A stretch of DNA of 64,000 nucleotides from an uncultured Planctomycetaceae bacterium (GCA_963833985.1 CAWIAD010000002.1:5600001-5664000); one strand, 5' to 3'. Shown: positions 27,346 through 37,611, numbered from the stretch's first letter. The notes: generated by a model from the letters alone, not told the origin. Translations and numbers: made by a program.

Positions 27346-29349
27346 TCAAGTCACAGGCAACGGAATGAACGGTGGTCCGGGCTGAGGGTGCGCGTTGCGA
27401 ACGAAGTCGGCGTAGAGTGGTGCGACACGCTCCGGGCGCCAGCGCTGTCCATCGTCGCGGGCCGCCGTGCTGAGCTGCTCGTAGAGCGAAGCGTCGTCCC
27501 AGAGACGAATGATGCCCTCGACCCAGGGCGCGATCTCCTCCGTGGCAGGAGGATGCGGGTTGGGTAGTGACAGTCCGGGCGGCATGTCAAGCAAGAAGCC
27601 CGCCTCGCCGACAAGCTCTGGAAGTGGCCCGATGTTGCTAGCTACGACCGGAATGCCGGAGATCTTGGCCTCGGCCGCCGTGAAAGCGAGTGGCACGTCT
27701 CCGGCCCAGGGAAGGACAAGCAGTCGGGTCAGACTGTAGTAATCGCGAGGGTGACGGACCTGGCTCATGACCGTCACATTCCCAAGCCGCGCGGGGTCGA
27801 GCCCTGTACCTGCAAAGAACCCGGGAGACATCGCGTCATCAACGATCAGAAGCGGGATGTCCGGCCGGTGTCGCGCGAGCTGCTCCGCGATCTGGAGGAA
27901 CAACAGCAACCCGCGGCCGGCCAGGGGCGCCACGAAGGTCGCGAACCGGCCTCGGCGCTCAGGAGCGAAGGTCCGGTCCCAATCGATCGCCGGAGGCAGA
28001 AGGACACAATTCAACCCCAGTGCCTGCCAATACCGCTGGCGCGCCTGCTCGGTGCTTACCAGGCAGTAATCGACCCCCGAAAAGGCCATCCGATCTCGAT
28101 GGGGCACATCTAGCACTGGGACGACGATAGGGATGTCGCAGCGCCGCGCGAGCCGGAGCAGCGGGTCATGGCTGGGAACTGGGCTGTAGGCGATGAGGAC
28201 ATCCGGCCGGTTGCGTTCCAGAAACGTCTCGAAAAACGCAAGGAAGCCTGCGAGAGCCTCGGCGTACGGATCGTCTTTCTGAGCTTGAGTGGGCCGGACG
28301 AGAGTAACCGGCACGAGCCCCAGCCTTGTATGCGAAATAATGCCCTGCCGGATGCCGCCGGTGGACGGCCTCGATTGCCGGGGCAAGCCGATGCTGTCGA
28401 TCATTCGGTCCACGGCATTTCCGGCTTGATCAGCAGGCGGCACCGAACAAAAAGCCTGGCAAGATAGGCCCTGGCTCCCCAGGAGTTCCATGACAGCCGA
28501 CGCCGCGACCCCTAGCGGGTGGGCGGGACTCACGAATGCCTCGGAGGCGACGAACACCGCGCTACGGGCCAGGCGCCGGCCAACAGGCGGAGTGGAGGGA
28601 GATATGTAAAGGCTCCTCGCGGACGACTGATTCGTCTCGTACAACCGATGCTGGTGGCTGGTGACCCGTGGTGTGTGGCTACGACTACCTTCGCGGAAGC
28701 GGTAGAGGCCACTGCGGTGGGACACGAACAGGAACTCGGCACCCGCACGAGCTAGTCGCTTCCAAAACTCCCAGTCCTCCAGGCACCAGAGCGACTCGTC
28801 AAAGCCGCCGACCATTGTGCCCAGGTCGCGGCGGTGGACGATGCCCAGCGGCGTAGATAGGTTGGCCGCGAAGAACTCGCCCCGGTGTGGCACCGGGTCC
28901 CACGAGTATCTCTTTGGCGGCGTTTCTCCCTCCACGATATAATCGTAGCCGAAGACGAGAACATCGGCCTTGCCGATCAAGGCGGCTGCCTTCTCCAGAA
29001 CCTCCGGGTAGTACTCATCGTCGCAATCGAGATAGGCGACGTACTGGCCGCGGGCAGATCTCAAACCGAGATTGCGGGCCGCACTCGGCCCGAGGTTTGT
29101 CTTGGTCCTGAGTGGCCGTATTCGCACATCCTTCGACGCCGACGCGAGAAGCCTCTCGTACGTTCCATCAGAGGAGCAGTCGTCGATGGCGATGAGCTCC
29201 CAGGAGGGACATGTCAGTGCCACGACGCTCTCGATGGCCCGGTAGATGGTTGCCCCTCCGTTATGGATGGGCGTGATCACAGAATGTGTTGGTGCGATTG
29301 TGTGATGAACTGGCACGTCAACTACCCGCCCGTTACGAGCAGACGTCAT
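27346..29349 (-). CDS. GT2 + GT4 (GT-B) glycosyltransferase fusion
   Basis: SVITPIHNG...IDDCSSDGT...GPSAARNLGL...YLDCDD...EDWEFW; C-terminal AEAKISGIPVVASNIGPLPELVG. Start uncertain (29349 or 29457). Confidence 0.87.
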   Translation of the reverse strand: MTSARNGRVVDVPVHHTIAPTHSVITPIHNGGATIYRAIESVVALTCPSWELIAIDDCSSDGTYERLLASASKDVRIRPLRTKTNLGPSAARNLGLRSARGQYVAYLDCDDEYYPEVLEKAAALIGKADVLVFGYDYIVEGETPPKRYSWDPVPHRGEFFAANLSTPLGIVHRRDLGTMVGGFDESLWCLEDWEFWKRLARAGAEFLFVSHRSGLYRFREGSRSHTPRVTSHQHRLYETNQSSARSLYISPSTPPVGRRLARSAVFVASEAFVSPAHPLGVAASAVMELLGSQGLSCQAFCSVPPADQAGNAVDRMIDSIGLPRQSRPSTGGIRQGIISHTRLGLVPVTLVRPTQAQKDDPYAEALAGFLAFFETFLERNRPDVLIAYSPVPSHDPLLRLARRCDIPIVVPVLDVPHRDRMAFSGVDYCLVSTEQARQRYWQALGLNCVLLPPAIDWDRTFAPERRGRFATFVAPLAGRGLLLFLQIAEQLARHRPDIPLLIVDDAMSPGFFAGTGLDPARLGNVTVMSQVRHPRDYYSLTRLLVLPWAGDVPLAFTAAEAKISGIPVVASNIGPLPELVGEAGFLLDMPPGLSLPNPHPPATEEIAPWVEGIIRLWDDASLYEQLSTAARDDGQRWRPERVAPLYADFVRNAHPQPGPPFIPLPVT

Positions 29350-29580
29350 CGCGGTCAGTGTTGGCGCGAAAGAAAGATAACTTGGAACGTAAATTCCTCG
29401 AGGGCCTGGGATCGAACAGACGGTCTTGAAGTAGAACTGGTCGTAGTCGTCGGCCAACTCCAGGGCTGGTCGGTGATGTGTTCTACGAAAAGAGAGCGGT
29501 GCTACTGTAAGTCAGCAATTTTGCCTGTCTCCCGGCCTCGGGCCGACCGCAAACGCACATCGCTGTGCGACGCACACTCC

Positions 29581-30117
29581 TCAATCGTCGAAAACCTTTT
29601 TTTCCTCCAACACGCGCCACACATCATGAATGGCCCCAGACCAAGCGTCCAAGTGACCGTGGTCATCCTTATCGAATATGCCCTCGATCAAGACATGTCT
29701 CCTATCAAACCGCTCGGGGCGAATCCCGCACTCCTTCCAACTTCCGCCTTCGAAGCTAACCCACAGGCCGTTGCGGTTAACTACGTAATTTGCATCCTCA
29801 CTTGTAACGTATATACCCGTTCCCTCGAACCGAACTCGAAGAAAGCCCCAGAGTCTGACAGGCTTTCCGTGAAAACGCTCAGGGTTCGAGAGGACTTGAA
29901 AGAGAGATAGCTCGACAGGGTGTGGTTGTGAATCGTCGTCGGCGCCCGCGGCACCGGACTTGATATGCTTACTTGCTAGCGCAGCATCGTAATACTGCAA
30001 ATTGTTAGATCCTGAGTGGCGGATAGGGATCAGATGTAAGAGCAAGGCGATCGCTGCAAGGCTAAGCAACCCCATGCAAAGAGCGAAAATCGTTCTGGGT
30101 CGCCGTACCAGCTTCAT
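29581..30117 (-). CDS. Hypothetical membrane-anchored protein (possible OB-like domain), lower GC
   Basis: AGGAGG RBS, N-terminal TM segment, SLFQVLSNPERFHGKPVRLWGFLRVRFEG...NGLWV...VLIEGIF...GHLDAWSGAI. Confidence 0.78.
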   Translation of the reverse strand: MKLVRRPRTIFALCMGLLSLAAIALLLHLIPIRHSGSNNLQYYDAALASKHIKSGAAGADDDSQPHPVELSLFQVLSNPERFHGKPVRLWGFLRVRFEGTGIYVTSEDANYVVNRNGLWVSFEGGSWKECGIRPERFDRRHVLIEGIFDKDDHGHLDAWSGAIHDVWRVLEEKKVFDD

Positions 30118-30213
30118 GACAGTCCCCTCCTGTTCACCCGGTAGCACAGCAGCACTTGAAGTGCAGAGCTGGAATTGCATGAGAATCGAGTGGGCCGTCG
30201 TGACAGTAGCTAG

Positions 30214-32137
30214 TCCCAAAACAAGCGTAATATATTATTCGAAATATGTACAATGAAGATAATCAAGTGTTTTCTTCGATCACGTACCTTCTACTGCCCG
30301 GGTGCCTCGGCCCCGGTCATGCACTGCCTTGCTTTCTGCTCCATCCCCTGTCTCCTCTCCTGGTTCGATGGCCTACGCTGATCGGGGCATCCGGACCCCG
30401 ACTTCATGATTGTTTCGCTTTAGCACAGCCGACAGCCGTGCAGACGCTCCACCAGTCGCAGGAAGACTCCTTGCCATGGGTTCCAGGACAGCAGGCGGTA
30501 GATCAGCCGCCGGCCCGACCGCACGATCTGGCACGGCATCTGGATCATCGCCGCGCAGAACGTCGCAAACTCCATCCGCAACAGCGAGCGTTTCTCGGCC
30601 TCATGTTTCGCCGCGTGCCGGGGACAGGCCGGTGTCAGCAGGGCGCTCCATGCCTTCAAGCTCCACGCCAGACTCGCCATCACCATGTACGCCCAGTTGC
30701 TCACCAGGTTGTCCACCGGCGTTGTCAGCGCATGCACTCCGCTCTTGAGCTGGGCAATCAGGTTCTCCTGGTCGCACCGCTGGTTGGCCGAAAAGACGAT
30801 CTCCTCGGCCGGGGTGTCGCGGTCGTTGGTGATGTAGAAGAAGTAGCGGTACTGCTCGAAGAGCCGCAATTGGGCCTTGTCGATTCCCAAGAGCTTGCGG
30901 ACCGCGATGACTCGATAACTTCTTGTGCAGGCGATCGGCTGATACTCAAACTCGGCGACCATCTCCTCGAGCAGGTGAATCGTCTGGAACCCCCGCTCGT
31001 TGACGATCTGCTGCTTGACCCGTTCGGGCTGCTGGCGGGGCACGGTCTTGATCTCATAGCGCGGCGGTCGCTCCAGGATAGCGATACGCGTCAGCCGGCA
31101 GTTCGTCGGCTCTGGTTTTGAGGGCTTCGTTGCAGTCGAAACCGAAGACAAAGCGGACATCGCCGGCCTGATCCCAGCGGTCCAGGTGCTTGGTCTGGGT
31201 AAAGTCGGTGTCGCCACGGAGCGTGACCCGCCGAAAGCCGGCCTGGCGGCAAAGGTTGATGGCCTTATCGAGGTAAATTGCGGCGTGCTCATGGGAGGGA
31301 CGGTTACCGCTGCGATTGACCAGGTAGAGCGGTTCGGCCGTGTTGGCCAGCGAGATCAAAAGAGGGTGATAGCCCCAGGTACCGTCATAAGCGATATCGA
31401 CACCTTCCTTGCACTCCGCGTCGGTTCCGACGAGGGAGCCGTCGGCGTCGAGGATCGCTTCCTGGAAGAACTCGGAGGGTTGCTCGGACCAGACCCTCAG
31501 CCGCGTTTGATTGATGGCGTCCATCAAGGCCACGACATGGGCCTCGGAGAAGCGACGGCAGAAGTCCCCGGCCGTCGTGGGGTCGGGGATGCGCTCGGCG
31601 CCCAGGGCGTTGAGATAGACCTCGTCGTTGCGCCGCAGTTCCAGATGCTCGATCCGTTTGCCACCCGCGAGAATGTTGTAGGTGATGTTCAGGACATGGT
31701 CGGATTCGTGATAGGGCAGATGCCGCTTGAACAGGATGAGGTTGGTGTCAATATCCGTGATCAACCCGGTATTGCGAGCCAGCAAGTGCATGGCGCCGAT
31801 GCCACCGGCGGCTAAGGCCCTGGACGCGGTCGGCCAGTTCGTAGTGGATATTGCTGGCGGTCATCATGGGTACTTCGCGTTCTGGTCCCGGCCGGTTCTC
31901 GATGCGTTTGAGGACTCTCCGTTTGCGTTCGTTGAGGATTCTGCGGTTGCGTTGTCGCGTTTTCTTACTGTTGCGTTTTCGGGTCTTCTGGGGGATAGTA
32001 TGATTCACTCGAAAGCCTCCGTAGTTTGGAATAGTGAGGATGTGTTCGACCCTCCATTATTCCAAAATCTCCGGGGGTTTTCGAGCTTTTTCTGGAATTT
32101 CGACCAAGTTGGTCCACGTATCACGCTTGGTTAAGGG
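30214..32137 (-). mobile_element. IS1380-family insertion sequence (1924 bp) with imperfect TIRs and a CTAG target duplication
   Basis: Ends TCCCAAAACAAGCGTAAT and (reverse complement) CCCTTAACCAAGCGTGAT. CTAG at 30210-30213 and 32138-32141. Confidence 0.85.
30420..32008 (-). CDS. IS1380-family DDE transposase, split by frameshifts at ~31812 and ~31085
   Basis: HLPYHESDHVLN, RIPDPTTAGDFCRRF, ILDADGS, GYHPL, LRGDTDF, NQRCDQENLIAQLK across three frames. Confidence 0.88.
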
Positions 32138-32502
32138 CTAGTTTGCCTGCTCGAACGTTGCACATCCATTAATGCGCCACATTGATCTATCTCAGTGGTC
32201 TTTGGATGAGCAAATCCCACGTGCCTTGAAGATGCTGTAATTGGATCACCCAAGCTCACGCGCATCATTTGGTGATCTTGGTAATCCTGCCTAAGTTTAC
32301 GTTGAGGTAAAACTCCTAAGTCGAACGAGATGACGTGGCAGCGTATTGCCAGTAGCCAGCAATCATTCATAACTCATCGGGGTTGAGATCCGCAATCGCC
32401 ATTCGTGAGATGAAGCGAACAGAAAGAAAGGACAGGCAATGCAATCTTGACTCGGTCGGTGGAATCGGGTAGCTTGTGCGGATCCTGCTGGGAGGTACGC
32501 TC

Positions 32503-33549
32503 ATGACGATTGCCCGTGCACATCTGGTGGATCCGTCCGTCACCCGCTGGTATCACTGCATCAGCCGCTGTGTGCGGCGAGCGTTCTTGCTCGGGGAGGG
32601 GCAGCTCGACCGTAAAGAATGGATCGAACGGCGGTTGCGGGAACTTGCGGAGATCTTCTCGGTCGCCGTGGGCGGGTTTGCCATCCTCGATAACCATCTG
32701 CACCTGCTGGTGCGGCTCGACCCGGATGTGGCGGCGGGGTGGTCGGATGAGGAGGTCGTGCGGCGCTGGGGGAGACTCTTTCCACCGCGCGACAAGGCCC
32801 GGCGGGCACTGCCGGTTTCGGACGCGTGGGTCAAGGAACGGCTGAAAGACGTGAAGTGGGTGGCGATGGCTCGCCAGCGGCTGCAAAGCCTGAGCTGGTT
32901 CATGAAGTGCCTGAAGGAACCGCTGTCGCGGATAGCCAACCGCGAGGAGAACACGCGCGGGGCGTTCTTCGAGGGGCGGTTCCAGAGCGTGGCGATCCTC
33001 GATGAGGAATCGTTGCTGGCGACCTGTGCCTTCATCGATCTGAACCCGGTGGCGGCGGGGATCGCCCAGGTTCCGGAGGCCAGCCCGCACACGTCGATCA
33101 AGGAGCGGGTCGAGCACGTTCAGGAACAGGGGCGAGCCGAGGACCTGAAGGCCGCCGAGGCGGGCAGTGTGGCGGGGTCGCAGGCGGCGGAGGGGCTGGA
33201 AGAAGGGCTGTGGCTGTGCCCGATCGAGGACCGCAGGAAGCTGGAGCTGGACTCCTGTCGCGGTCGCGAAGGGATGATCGAGGGGTTCTCGCTGGGGAAC
33301 TACCTGCTGCTGGTGGACTATACGGGCCGGCTGTTTCGCGAAGGGAAGGCGGCGATCTCGGCCGAAGTGGCGGGGATCCTGGAGCGGCTGGGGAGCAATG
33401 CGGAGAACTGGCAGGCGCGGCTGCTGAAGCTGGCGGGTGGGCGGCTGCTGGGGAGGTTCTTCGCGGCGAGCCGCGAACGGCTGCGGGAGATCGCGGGGCG
33501 GCTGGGCCGGCATCACCTGGCGAACCTGGGCGGGTGCGCGGTGCGGTGA
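32503..33549 (+). CDS. REP-associated Y1/HUH tyrosine transposase (RAYT-like); predicted catalytic Tyr replaced by Phe
   Basis: YHCISRCVRRAFLLG, HUH motif NHLH, SLSWFMKCLKE, GAFFEGRF, TCAFIDLNPVAAG. Confidence 0.88.
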   Translation: MTIARAHLVDPSVTRWYHCISRCVRRAFLLGEGQLDRKEWIERRLRELAEIFSVAVGGFAILDNHLHLLVRLDPDVAAGWSDEEVVRRWGRLFPPRDKARRALPVSDAWVKERLKDVKWVAMARQRLQSLSWFMKCLKEPLSRIANREENTRGAFFEGRFQSVAILDEESLLATCAFIDLNPVAAGIAQVPEASPHTSIKERVEHVQEQGRAEDLKAAEAGSVAGSQAAEGLEEGLWLCPIEDRRKLELDSCRGREGMIEGFSLGNYLLLVDYTGRLFREGKAAISAEVAGILERLGSNAENWQARLLKLAGGRLLGRFFAASRERLREIAGRLGRHHLANLGGCAVR

Positions 33550-33575
33550 CGACGACGCGGTGATACGCGTGCTGC

Positions 33576-33905
33576 GGCGCGATGCGGGTCGGGCTCACGC
33601 CCGAGGCTGGGGGCTACGTCAGTCCGAACCACGGCCTGACGCCCGTGGTCATGTGCCGCGGACGCCGAGTCGGGTGGAGCATCGCCGTGGGGATGAGCGT
33701 GATGTGGCGCGATGCAGGTCGGGCTCACGCCCGAGGCTGGGGGCTGCGCCCGTCCGAACCACGGCCTGACGGCCGTGGTCATGTGCCACAGACGCCATGG
33801 CGCTGTCGCAAGCGGTCATGCGCCACGAACGCCGGGACCGGCAGACGGAGGCAGCGCCCTTGCGTGCATGCCACGAGGTGCAGGTTGGGCTCACCCCTGA
33901 GGCCC
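33576..33905 (+). repeat. 130-bp-period tandem repeat with internal palindrome directly after the Y1 transposase
   Basis: ~82-bp units at 33576-33657 and 33706-33787 with palindrome ACCACGGCCTGACGGCCGTGGT; partial third copy at ~33878-33903. Confidence 0.85.
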
Positions 33906-34060
33906 CCGCGCCGCCAGCAGCTCGAGCATCCCGCGCGTGCATAGCGCCGCGCCGCCGGAGGGGTCGAAATCTCAGTGGATCGAGGAGAAGACGAGACGCA
34001 TGGAGTGCCCATGTCTGAACGGGTGGCCACAATTGCCGTTGGCTTCTTGGTCTGCCAGAA

Positions 34061-34108
34061 GCCCGCACCCGGCCTCCGGCTACCCGCTCCCGCAAAACGG
34101 GCGAGGGT
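34061..34108. repeat. Degenerate intergenic palindromic element
   Basis: CCCGCACCCGGCCTCCGGCTACCCGCTCCCGCAAAACGGGCGAGGG resembles the recalled CCCTCACCCGGCC...CCCTCTCCC...GAGAGGG repeat type; not verified. Confidence 0.45.
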
Positions 34109-34651
34109 TTGCTTGCCAGGAACGAGCCCACCGCACACGAGTTGGTGCCAACCGGAAGAGAGCACGCCGCGGGCAAGTTCGCAAGGAGTGTGCGATTCCA
34201 TCGTAAGCCATGTATGTGGGGATGGCGCGCATGGTCTCGGTTTGGATGGTCTTTGACAATTCGCCTGCGGTTCTTATTCCCGCGCGTCGCTCACGGACAG
34301 GGCGGCGCGCGGGGAGCCTGCACGGGCTTGGCTGCGGCCATGTACAGCCTCCGCACCTTTCGACAGTCCTCCCGCGACCGTTTGAGCCGTGCGAGCTTGC
34401 GGTGTGCTTCCTTGCGAGCCGTGGCAACCAGAAGTGTCTGCGTCCTCGGTGAAAGCTGCAATTGGAGAAGGAAACGGGCCCGGCCACGGTGTTTGGCTTC
34501 TTGACGGGCCCGATCGTCGGGGATAGCATCAGATTTTAGATCCCATCACTCATTGAGACTCGTTCATTTTACGCCTGGATTCCCTCTGTGATGGCGCCGA
34601 CTTTGTTCGGGCACGCGCATCCATGGAGCTTTGGATCCTGGAGGATCTCCC

Positions 34652-36058
34652 ATGGCCCAGTCCTTCGGCTTGCAAGGTCGCTGGATCAGGATCAGGTCCA
34701 GGTCTGCCTGCCTGGTGCGCCTGGGGTTCTTGACATGGATGGCCGCCAGTCATCTGCCCACGCTTATGGCCGACGAGCCGGCCAAGGCCAAGAATCCTCC
34801 CACGTTCACCAGGGATGTGGCCCCCATCCTCCAGAAGAAGTGCCAGAACTGCCACCGTAGCCACCAGGTTGGTCCCTTCGCCCTGGAGACGTTCGAGCAG
34901 GCGCGAAAGCGTGCCGAGGACATCGCAATGGTAGCCAGCGAGCGGCAGATGCCGCCGTGGAAGCCGAAACCGGGCGTCGGTCCCAGGCTGAAGCACGACC
35001 AGTCGCTCTCTCCGGGTGAAATCCAGGTCCTTGAAGCGTGGGCGGAAGGCGGAGCGCCGCGCGGCGACCCCAAGGACATGCCTGCACCGCTTCGCTTCAG
35101 CACGGACTGGAAGCTCGGCCCGCCCGACCTGGTGCTGGAACCCGCCGAGGATTACACCGTCCCCGGCGATGCGCCGGACACCTACCGCTGCTTCGTCCTG
35201 CCCACCAACCTGGCGCGTGATGCGTACATCTCGTCCATGGACTTTCGTCCCAGAAACATGCGTGTGGTTCATCACATTAACGCATTTCTCGATACATCCG
35301 GCATGGCACGGGCCCGGGACGAGGCCGATAAAGGACCCGGCTACACCTCGTTCTCCGGACCGGGTATTCCGGCCTATGAGGACCTGGGTTTCTGGGCCGC
35401 CGGGCATGAGCCCCATCATCTGCCCGATGGCATTGGCCAGCGCCTGCCCCGCCAGTCTGACGTGATCCTCCAGGTTCACTACCACTCCACGGGCAAGCCC
35501 GAGGTCGACCGCACGCGGATCGGCATCTACTTCTCGCGCAAGCCGGTGAAGCAGGCGCTGCACTGGAGTACCGCCTCGAACTCCGACTTCGTGCTACCCG
35601 CCGGCCAGTCGAACATCGAGGTCAAGGCAAGCTGGAACATCCCCGCCGATGTCGAGGTGCTGGCCGTCTCGCCGCACATGCACTTGCTGGGCCGCGACAT
35701 GCGGATGTCGGTCACCTTGCCCAACGGCCGCACTCAAGATCTGATCCAGATTCCCGACTGGGATCCGTCGTGGCAGAGCACCTATTACTTCCAGAAGAGA
35801 ATACCGTTGCCCGCGGGATCTGTGGTGAAGGTGGTGGCCCACTACAACAACTCGGCCCACCCCAGGAACCCCAATACCCCGCCCAAGACCGTGAGCTTCG
35901 GCCTGGGCGCCAACGACGAGATGTGTGAGGGATTCATCGCCGTGGTCAAACAGAACCAGGACCTGACGCGTCCCGGCGCCATTGACGACTTACCTTACCT
36001 CGTCACGAAGCAGCGGCTCAAGACGCTGCGCCGACAACTCTCCAAGCAATCGCGCTAG
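34652..36058 (+). CDS. Exported cytochrome c plus copper type II ascorbate-dependent monooxygenase-like protein
   Basis: PTFTRDVAPILQKKCQNCH (CxxCH), VVHH, LQVHYH, PHMH and DEMC Cu-ligand motifs. Confidence 0.85.
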   Translation: MAQSFGLQGRWIRIRSRSACLVRLGFLTWMAASHLPTLMADEPAKAKNPPTFTRDVAPILQKKCQNCHRSHQVGPFALETFEQARKRAEDIAMVASERQMPPWKPKPGVGPRLKHDQSLSPGEIQVLEAWAEGGAPRGDPKDMPAPLRFSTDWKLGPPDLVLEPAEDYTVPGDAPDTYRCFVLPTNLARDAYISSMDFRPRNMRVVHHINAFLDTSGMARARDEADKGPGYTSFSGPGIPAYEDLGFWAAGHEPHHLPDGIGQRLPRQSDVILQVHYHSTGKPEVDRTRIGIYFSRKPVKQALHWSTASNSDFVLPAGQSNIEVKASWNIPADVEVLAVSPHMHLLGRDMRMSVTLPNGRTQDLIQIPDWDPSWQSTYYFQKRIPLPAGSVVKVVAHYNNSAHPRNPNTPPKTVSFGLGANDEMCEGFIAVVKQNQDLTRPGAIDDLPYLVTKQRLKTLRRQLSKQSR

Positions 36059-36483
36059 CCTCCTGGGAAACCCTCCGTCGCGCGGGTAGAATGAAGGAAG
36101 AGGACCGAGGAATGATCGGCCCGGTCTGAACCGGTCCGACATGAACCGGTCGGCGTGTCAGGTGATCGGGACTTCTGCGTCCAGACGCAGAGCCCTCCTT
36201 GGCGTTGCCGAGAGCGATTCGAGGAGACCATCCCCCTCGAATCCGATCGAGACCCTTCATCTCCGATCCTCCGGGTCTTGGAAAATCGGCGTGGTCGCGC
36301 GGCTGCGGAGCCCGGCTCGGGAACATCGCGGGGCGCGTTCCGTCGGCTGGCCCCAGTCCGGCCGACGGCTCTGCGTCCGGCCGCTTGCCCGGCAAGACCA
36401 TCCGTTCCGCCGCCCCTCTTCCACGTCCGTGGTGTTGTGCTCTTCTTCACGATCAGGGGCCTTCCATGGCCGACAGCCCGGTT

Positions 36484-36516
36484 TGGCTCGACTCGGCTCG
36501 ACTCGACTCGGCTCCG
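36484..36516. repeat. Pentamer microsatellite (CTCGR)n
   Basis: GGCTCGACTCGGCTCGACTCGACTCGGCTC upstream of the HPF-CSD gene. Confidence 0.6.
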
Positions 36517-36584
36517 GCCAGGGCGAAGGCCCCAAGCCGCTACGGACTTCATCGCCGTCGCGGCCGTCCCCCAAGGGAACGACC

Positions 36585-37160
36585 ATGAACACTCCTCTCC
36601 AGCTCTCGTTCCACAATCTCCCTCACTCCCGGTTCATCGAGAGTGCCGTCCAGGAGGCGGTCGATCGCCTGGTGAGTTCTCACTCGAGGATCACCGGCTG
36701 CCGCGTCGTCGTCGACCAGCCCCACCGCCATCACAGGGACGGCAACCCGATCGAGGTCCGTATTGACCTGAAGATGCCCGGGGTCGAGCTTGTGGCCAAA
36801 CGCGAAAGCGCCCAAGGCGCCGGGATGGGCGATCTTCCACCCGTGATCGTGGAAGCGTTCGAGGAGATCGAACGGCAGATCGAGGAGTCTGTCAGTCGTC
36901 GCCGCGGGTTCGTCAAAACTCACGAAGACCCTCCGCATGCGCGCGTGGCCCGGCTCTTTCCCGAGGCTGGCTACGGCTTCCTCGAGACCAGTGACGGCCG
37001 CGAGCTCTTCTTCCACCGCAACAGCGTTCTGAGCCCTGGTTTCGGCGGCCTCGACGTCGGTTCCGAAGTCAGCTTCGTCGAGGAACTGGGCGAGAAGGGC
37101 CCCCAGGCCAGCACCGTGAAGATTGTTGGAAAGCATCATCATGTTTCAGGAAACGCGTGA
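36585..37160 (+). CDS. HPF/RaiA (S30AE) ribosome-associated protein fused to a cold-shock domain
   Basis: MNTPLQLSFHNL...ITGCRVVV..PHRHHRDG...VRIDL; C-terminal GYGFLETSDGRELFFHRNSV...GEKGPQASTV. Confidence 0.88.
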   Translation: MNTPLQLSFHNLPHSRFIESAVQEAVDRLVSSHSRITGCRVVVDQPHRHHRDGNPIEVRIDLKMPGVELVAKRESAQGAGMGDLPPVIVEAFEEIERQIEESVSRRRGFVKTHEDPPHARVARLFPEAGYGFLETSDGRELFFHRNSVLSPGFGGLDVGSEVSFVEELGEKGPQASTVKIVGKHHHVSGNA

Positions 37161-37202
37161 TTCCCGAGGGACAGGAAGACCACCAGACAGGAGCAACCTC
37201 CC

Positions 37203-37403
37203 ATGGCAGCCATGCCCGTAACCGACGTGCGCCCGCTCTCGATCACCGAGGAAGAGCGTTTCGAGCTGATCCGTCTGCTTGAGCAGGCGCTCCAGGAGAC
37301 CCGCGTCGAGATCCATCGAACCCACACTCCTGGCTACCGCAAGCGCGTCATCGGCGAGGAGTCGCTTGTCCGCAGTCTGTTGACGAAGCTCCAGGAGCAG
37401 TAA
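37203..37403 (+). CDS. Small hypothetical protein (66 aa)
   Basis: AGGAG RBS; amphipathic EERFELIRLLEQALQETRVEIHRT; co-oriented with HPF-CSD. Confidence 0.65.
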   Translation: MAAMPVTDVRPLSITEEERFELIRLLEQALQETRVEIHRTHTPGYRKRVIGEESLVRSLLTKLQEQ

Positions 37404-37611
37404 GTGGCGGCGCACAGTGGTCAGCGGTCATGAATTCCAGGGCGGCCGCGTGACAAGCTCCGAGGCCGCTCTGATGGGCCGCTGATCACCTTGGAAATAT
37501 TTCGGTTCCATCAGCGAAGCGCTTCTTGACTTCGCAATGGGGAAGGAGGTATCCTGCCTTCAGACAAAACGACTGAACCTCCAGACATAATGACTGAGAT
37601 CGGGGAACCGG

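Noticed and set aside
33576..33905. CRISPR array
   Set aside because: Only 2-3 units of ~82 bp, too long for CRISPR repeats, and no cas genes nearby.
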